In this document: piece after piece, positions 58,185-64,000 of the stretch
How the letters are laid out: each line of letters begins with the position of its first letter
Numbering within the stretch: position 1 is the stretch's first letter
Assembly: GCA_001724265.1 (NCBI GenBank)
Contig: MEDY01000116.1
Span: 1 to 64,000 of the forward strand
Reading direction: 5' to 3'
Length of the DNA stretch: 64,000 bases
Source: Rhizaria sp. SCN 62-66
Taxonomy: Eukaryota
Position numbers and translations under genes: made by a program
Notes under the pieces: model-generated
Told to the model about the DNA's origin: nothing
Databases searched by the model: none
Seen by the model: only the letters and a program-made list of their open reading frames with translations

Positions 58185-61100
58185 TCATTCCGGCTTGGGC
58201 ATCGCGGCCGGCGCCGCGGCTCCGGTCCTGAAGGAGCGCAGACTGCCGGGCGCGGGCGATGGCGCCCGCGAGTGCAGCGGGGACGTGTTCACCCCCGCCA
58301 CGCCCCCGCCCGCGGCCCCGGTGGCGGTGGTGGCGGCGACCGTAGCCGGGTGCAGCAGCGACGTGTTGGCTCCCGGGAACGCCGCGGCGCCGGCGCCGAT
58401 GCCCACACTGGCGGGGTGCTGCGCGGCGGCGGCGGCGGCGGCGATCGAGGCCATCGCGCTCGGCCCCGTGCCGGCGCCGGTGCCCGGGACACCCGTGGGT
58501 GCCCCGGCGAGCGCGGGCCCCGTGGCGAAGATGGGCACGGCTGCCGCCGAGAGCACCGCCGACATAGCCGACGACGAGAGCGCGCGGTGGTATCCGCGGT
58601 CAACACGGCGCGATGCGGCGCCCTTGTGAAGCAGTTTGACCACATCCTCGACCGAGATGACCGCGACGGGCGCCTGTGTGGTGGGGTCGACGACGAAGAC
58701 GCGGTGCATGCCCGTCGCGGTCAGCTTGGCAATGACCGTGAGCAGCGACGCCGTGGGCTCGACCGATACCGTGGGAGAGACCGTGCGCAGCGATGCCGGC
58801 CCACAGTCGCGGCGGACCTGAGCCACGAACGCGCCGACGGGCTGGTGCAGCAGCGCCGACGACGGCGCTTGGAGGTACAGCTTGAGGTCCGCACCCGAGG
58901 TGTTGCCCACGAAGCGACCCTGCGCGTCCACGAGCGCGATTCCGGAGATCTTGGCCGAGGACATGACGCGCAGAGTCGTGATCATCGCCTGCGACGCAAG
59001 CACCGTCAGAACGGGCGAAGTGCCGACGTTAAGCGCGTCGACAGACCGCAGCAGCTCCTCATCAGCGCCTCCCATCGCGGCGCGCTCCTCGGCAGTGAGG
59101 ACCTTGGTGGGCAGCGCGAAACGCGAGTAGAGCGCGCCGAGGATCTTGACGATGTCCGACTGGGAGATGATATCGACGATCGGGTACGGCGTCCGCACAC
59201 TCTTGGCACTTCCGCCCGAAAACGACGCCGAGGCACCGCTCGAACACGCGGTCGCATTGCTAGCACTGGTGTTGGACAGGGAGGCCGGGAGCGGCGCGGG
59301 GCGCACCGAGCCGTCCTCCTCGATCACCACGGGCGCCATGACGTACGGAGACACCACGAACGGCGCCCCACACGACTGCGGCGACGACGACGACGATGCG
59401 GAAGCACTGGAGGACAGAGACGCAGAGGAGGACGAGTGCGGCAGACTGGCACTGGAGGTCAACGGCAGCGCACCCCCGTTGGCGGCGGGACTGCCCAGCC
59501 CAGGGGGACTGCAGAGCCCGCCGCTGGTGCTGGTTCCAGTGGGACTGCAGAAGCCGGGAGTCACGGGCTGGAGGACCCCGCCCAGAGTCGGCGACGGCTG
59601 CGCCTGCTGCTGCTGCGCGGAGGCGGAGGCGGCGGCAGCGGCAGCGGCAGCGGCGGCGGCCTGCTGCTCTTTCTCTTTCTGCTGCGCCTGCTGCTTTGCG
59701 GCTGCGGCGGCGGCGGTGTGCGCGCCGTGCGAGGCCGGGATCAGCCCCGCGGCCAGCATCTCTGCGGTCGGCAGCGGCATATCCAGCACCAGCACGCGGT
59801 GCACGTCGGGCTGCGTGGCGAGGATCTCGATCACGGCCACGAGCGAGTCGTGCTTCGACACGCCGACGCACTTGGACCGCGCAGAGAGGTATTTGACCGA
59901 GAAATCCTGTGCACGCGCGTGGTCGACGGCGCGCGTATTGACCGATGCGGGGGAAAAGCGCGACAGCACCTGGCCCAGGTACGACGACAGGCCGCTGCTG
60001 CCGCCACTGCCGCCGGGGGAGCCGGTCACCGCCGCGCTCGAGCCGCCGCTGCCGCCGCCGGCGTCGGGCGCGGGGGACACGGAGCCAGACGCGGGGACGC
60101 CAGACGCAGCGGCAGTCGCTGCGGTGGCGGCGGAGACGGGAGAGGGGCCGACCGCGTTGCTGGCGCTGGCTGCGCTCGCGAGTCCCGGGGACGGCGACTG
60201 CGGCGGCTGGCCGAAGCCCCCGTCCGAGGCGACGCTGTGGGAGCCTGCGCCGCCCAGATGCGGCTGCTGCGGCGGCAGGTGCGGGTGCGGCGGCAGCGGC
60301 GCGGGCGAGGGGGTCTTAGCGCGACCGGGCACGGTGCCCGCAACGCCTCCAGCCCCGCCGACGCCGCCCGCGCTAGCATTGGCGAAGGCGGGGGTGGGGC
60401 CGTGCGCGTGCGACAAATGGCCATGGCTGTAGGTGTGCGGATGCATCGGGGGCGCGGCGCCCGCGCTCAGCGGCGACGGCACCGTTGCGATGCCGCCGAT
60501 GCCGATGCCGACGCCGGCGGCGGCGGCGGTGCGCGCCGTGGAGGGGGACTGGGGGCGCGAGCGGCCGAACATCGCGGACTCAGTGCCGCCGCTGCCGCCG
60601 CCGCTGCCGCCGTTGCCGCCGCCGCTGCCGTTGAGGACGGGCGAGGCGGGCGCCGCGGGGGGCTTGGTGCTGCTGCTGAGGCCGAACGACGCGGAGCCGG
60701 AGAAGGAGCCGCGGGTGGGGGTGGTCGCAGCGGCACCCGCGGGACCCGTGACCCCCCCCCTGTGGCGACGGCGTCAGGGAAGGCCGAGAAAGACGCCGCA
60801 GAGGGGCCCGCGCCGGCGCCGGCGCCGGAGGACTGGGCGGGGGCGGAGCGGCGGCCGGGGGACAGCGGCAGCGGCAGCGGGACAGGGGCGTGGAGGCCGA
60901 GGCCCAGCCCCAGGCCGAGGCCGGGGGAGGCCAGGCGCGGGGGCACAGCGTCGGCACCCGACTGCGCACCGGGGGCCGTGGCGGCAGAGGCGGTCGCGCA
61001 CGGCTGCTGGCTGCCCAGTGGCTGCGATTGTGGTACAGGGCTGTTGCCGCCGCTGCGGTCGACGGGCGAGCTCAGCGGCAGCGTGTAGCCGCTGTTCGTG

Positions 61101-61999
61101 CTATTGGGGCCGGGGGGCGAGGCGGGGCCGAGCGGCGAGGTAACCGTGAACAGGCTCCCGCTAGAGGAGGAGCCCGTGGACGCCGCGGAGGCCACGGACG
61201 CCGCGGTGGCCGACAGAGCCAGCGCGACATGCGGCGCCAGCGTCCGCGGCGTCTCAGCGGCGGCCCTCTGCGCCGCGGCCTCCTCCTCCATGTGGACGAC
61301 GAGCGAGACGAGGTCGCGCAGGTCAAGCAGGCCGGCGCAGCGGCCCGTGGCGTGGTCGACAACTGGCGCAGACTGCACGCCGTGCTCGATCAGCTTGCGG
61401 AACGCCTGCATCGGAGTCTCCGTCGAGGAGATCAGCAGAATCGACCGTGGAGGCGCACTGGAGGGGGCGGGGGCAGAAGTGCCGCTTTGCTCGGGGCTAG
61501 CCTCGGCCGTCGAGTCAGTGCCCGCGCTCTGTTGCTGCTGGAGCGGCTTGTCTTCCGCGGCGGCGGAGGCGGCGGTCTCGGTGGTCGCGAGCGCGGCGGA
61601 GACGTACGACGACGTGGTCGCGCCCGAGCGGCCGCCCGCGGGGCCGGCGGAGCTATTCCGGGCTGACCGCAACGAGAGGCCGCCATTGAGGGCGGCGGCG
61701 CCCGCGGCGGTGGAGTCCGCGGCGCGGGGCCGCATGGGGATGAGCTTGCGGGCCTCGGCGCACGTGAGGTGGGCCAGCGCGGCGCGGGTCTTGGTCAGGG
61801 GCGTGTACGTCACCGGGGGAAGCGCCGCGAACGAGGATGAGGCGGGCATTGCCACAGAGCCGGACGAAGCAGAGCCAGAGCCAGACGCGGAGGAGGCGGA
61901 GGTAGAAGAGGGCGTGGCGGGGGCGGCGGGGGGAGTGACGCCCAGGTGCAGGCCCGGCGACGAGGGCGGCTGCTGCTGCTGCTGCGGTTGCTGAGACAT
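58185..61999 (-). CDS. CBS-domain protein (AMPK-gamma/SDS23-like, four CBS repeats) split by low-complexity inserts; single frameshift at the G9 run 60752-60760; ~1,270 aa if repaired
   Basis: CBS motifs AFRKLIEHGVQSAPVVD...GLLDLRD, VHRVLVLD...IISQSDIV, ISGIALVDAQGRFVGNTSGADL and MHRVFVVD...VISVEDVV. The two ORFs (60467-62128 and 58185-60572) join if one G is added to the run. Confidence 0.8.
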
Positions 62000-63143
62000 T
62001 TTGTGTGATGAAGCAACGGCGATGGCGGCGGCGGCGGCGGCGGAGATTAGAGCGGCGTCGGCAGGGGCAAACGCGGGGAGGATAGGGTTTGCTTGCGAGC
62101 GGGCCGCAACCGGGAAGGAGGCAGACAACAGCTGTTGGTGAAAGGGTCACACAAACAAGGGAGTGGAGAGGAGGAGGGGAAGTTTTGTGATTGACTTGAG
62201 CAGCGCCTTACGAGGGCCGGGACAGCGGTCTTCTGAGCGACAAGGAGAACAAAAGGGGGTGAAAAAAGGGTAAAAATAATGGGGTGAGCTGTTAGACGGC
62301 AAGAGAGAGCGAGAAAGTGTTTTAGAAAGCCGAAAGTGATGTGGTCACTGGTAAAAAGACCGAGGCAGTGAGAAGGGGGTCGGCACGCACACGCGCACGG
62401 GGGTTTGTGCGCGTCCGGGCGCTGATGAAAACAGATTTCGTGTGGTGACCGTGTAGAACCACACTCAAACTATGTAGAACAGCGGCTGTGGTACGCAGCA
62501 GGTGCCTGAGTGGCGCGATCGGCGGGGCAAAACAGCGACTGGATCGACACAAGTCTCCACTTTGCTGCGACGCAAGAGAACACAACCTCAGAGCCCCAGC
62601 TCCGACCCGCGCGCAAGAAATCCTCGTGACGTAATAGATTGCCAATACTTTAACTCAAAAAAATAAAATAAATTCGATTACAGGCACATCTTGTCCTGAT
62701 TGAAGACACTGACCTCGTCTCATCGACTCGACTCGCTCGCTGGCTCGCTGGTGGTGGCGGTGGGTATTGGTCGGAAAAAATGAATGCAATTTCGACTCTC
62801 TGACCTGTGAGTCCAACGACCGACTGGACAAAGGCCAGTCTCTCTCTTGTTCTGGGGACTTCGCGGGAGTTGGTCAATGGTGCTTATCTCCGCACGTGGG
62901 TGATTTTGTTGTGATTTATATGGTGTCATTGCTTTGTTTTTGTTTTAGTTATTTTTTCGAATTGCGCAGTGGGGGCTGTTTGGGGCTTGGAACGCGGCCC
63001 AAAATTTCAATTTTCCAGAGCTCACTTTTGTGCCGCACCATTCGCTCATTGTCGTTTTTGCTCCCCCAGGAAAGTAGAACCTCAGTTACTTTCCTTCGCA
63101 GAGTTGGTACTTTAGTAACCTCAACTTTGCTCACAACTCGCAC

Positions 63144-64000
63144 ATGTCTTCCAAGGCGAATGTGCGCGTCAACGGCGTCACCGTTGACGTGACCGAGGAC
63201 GATGACTTCATCAACATCGCCGGCCTCGACTACAACTCGGACGAAGTAGCACCCCTCAAGGAGCTCTGGTCGCAGTACAACGACCGCTACACGCCCGACG
63301 AGGACCGCCCTGCCGTGTTCGAGGCCTTCACCAAGGAGCGCGAGCGTCTGCAACAGGTCGTCACCACGCGGCAAGAGATGAAGCTGCGGCATCTGGCTAA
63401 CATGACATGGTGGGACATCGTCGTGCAGCGCTTCATGTCGCCCATCATCCGCCTTTGTAACATGCACCAGATCCACGAGAGCGACATCGCGCCCCTGCCG
63501 TACCACGAGACGGCTGAGACGGTCACGAACGAGTTCGCCCGCATGTGGCAGAAGGAGATCGACCGCTCCGTCCAGGACAACAAGCGCCCCTGGATGCTCC
63601 GCGCGCTCCTCGAGTCTGCCTGGCGCCCCCTCATGATTATCGGCTTCTTCGAGGTCGGTTTCTACGCCGTTACCTTTGCGTCCCCCTACGTTCTCGATCA
63701 GCTGACCACGTTCCTCCGCGACGCGAGCAACGGCGAGGACACCTACGCCGGCGACGGCATCGGCCTCGCCTTTGCGCTCGCCATCATCGCCTGGGCCGCG
63801 GCGACAATGAACGTCTACAAGGCATTTTACTGCACGCAGCTCGGCCAGCGCACCCGCTCCATGGTGATGCAGTCCGTTTTCAACAAGTCCATCGCCATCG
63901 CCCCCTCCGCCTCGCAAGAGATCACGTCCGGTGAAGTCATGAACCTGATGGCCAACGACGCGCAGAAGCTCGGCGAGGCCGCCCAGTTCGTCCACCTGCC
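63144..64000 (+). CDS. ABC transporter, subfamily C (MRP-like), N-terminal part; truncated by the window end
   Basis: Open frame from ATG 63144 containing FMSPIIR...IHESDIAPLP, FASPYVLDQL, QRTRSMVMQSVFNKS and TSGEVMNLMANDAQKL, typical of ABCC TMD1. Confidence 0.85.
   Translation, partial: MSSKANVRVNGVTVDVTEDDDFINIAGLDYNSDEVAPLKELWSQYNDRYTPDEDRPAVFEAFTKERERLQQVVTTRQEMKLRHLANMTWWDIVVQRFMSPIIRLCNMHQIHESDIAPLPYHETAETVTNEFARMWQKEIDRSVQDNKRPWMLRALLESAWRPLMIIGFFEVGFYAVTFASPYVLDQLTTFLRDASNGEDTYAGDGIGLAFALAIIAWAAATMNVYKAFYCTQLGQRTRSMVMQSVFNKSIAIAPSASQEITSGEVMNLMANDAQKLGEAAQFVHL

Overview
Gene-dense eukaryotic (protist-like) nuclear DNA: GC-rich exons, AT-richer spliceosomal introns (GT-AG, mostly GTACG donors) and many low-complexity Ala/Gln/Asn/Ser/His-Gly insertions. 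I reconstructed about 15 genes by hand: a giant HIBCH/mS47-like protein, a 2,000-aa low-complexity ORF, two ankyrin proteins, MRS2, ELP1, mL59, ALG7/DPAGT1, a cysteine-desulfurase-like/TtcA fusion, PP2A B'', an ARM-like plus cyclophilin-like gene broken by two in-frame TAGs, PRPP synthase, syntaxin-6, a CBS protein with a homopolymer frameshift, and the start of an ABCC transporter. The most interesting feature is the single-polypeptide PLP desulfurase + Cys/His motif + TtcA-type thiolase, about 4 kb from ELP1. Also notable: none of the 14 complete gene models ends in TAG, while one gene carries two internal TAGs. All family calls come from motif recognition by eye; no database searches were run.
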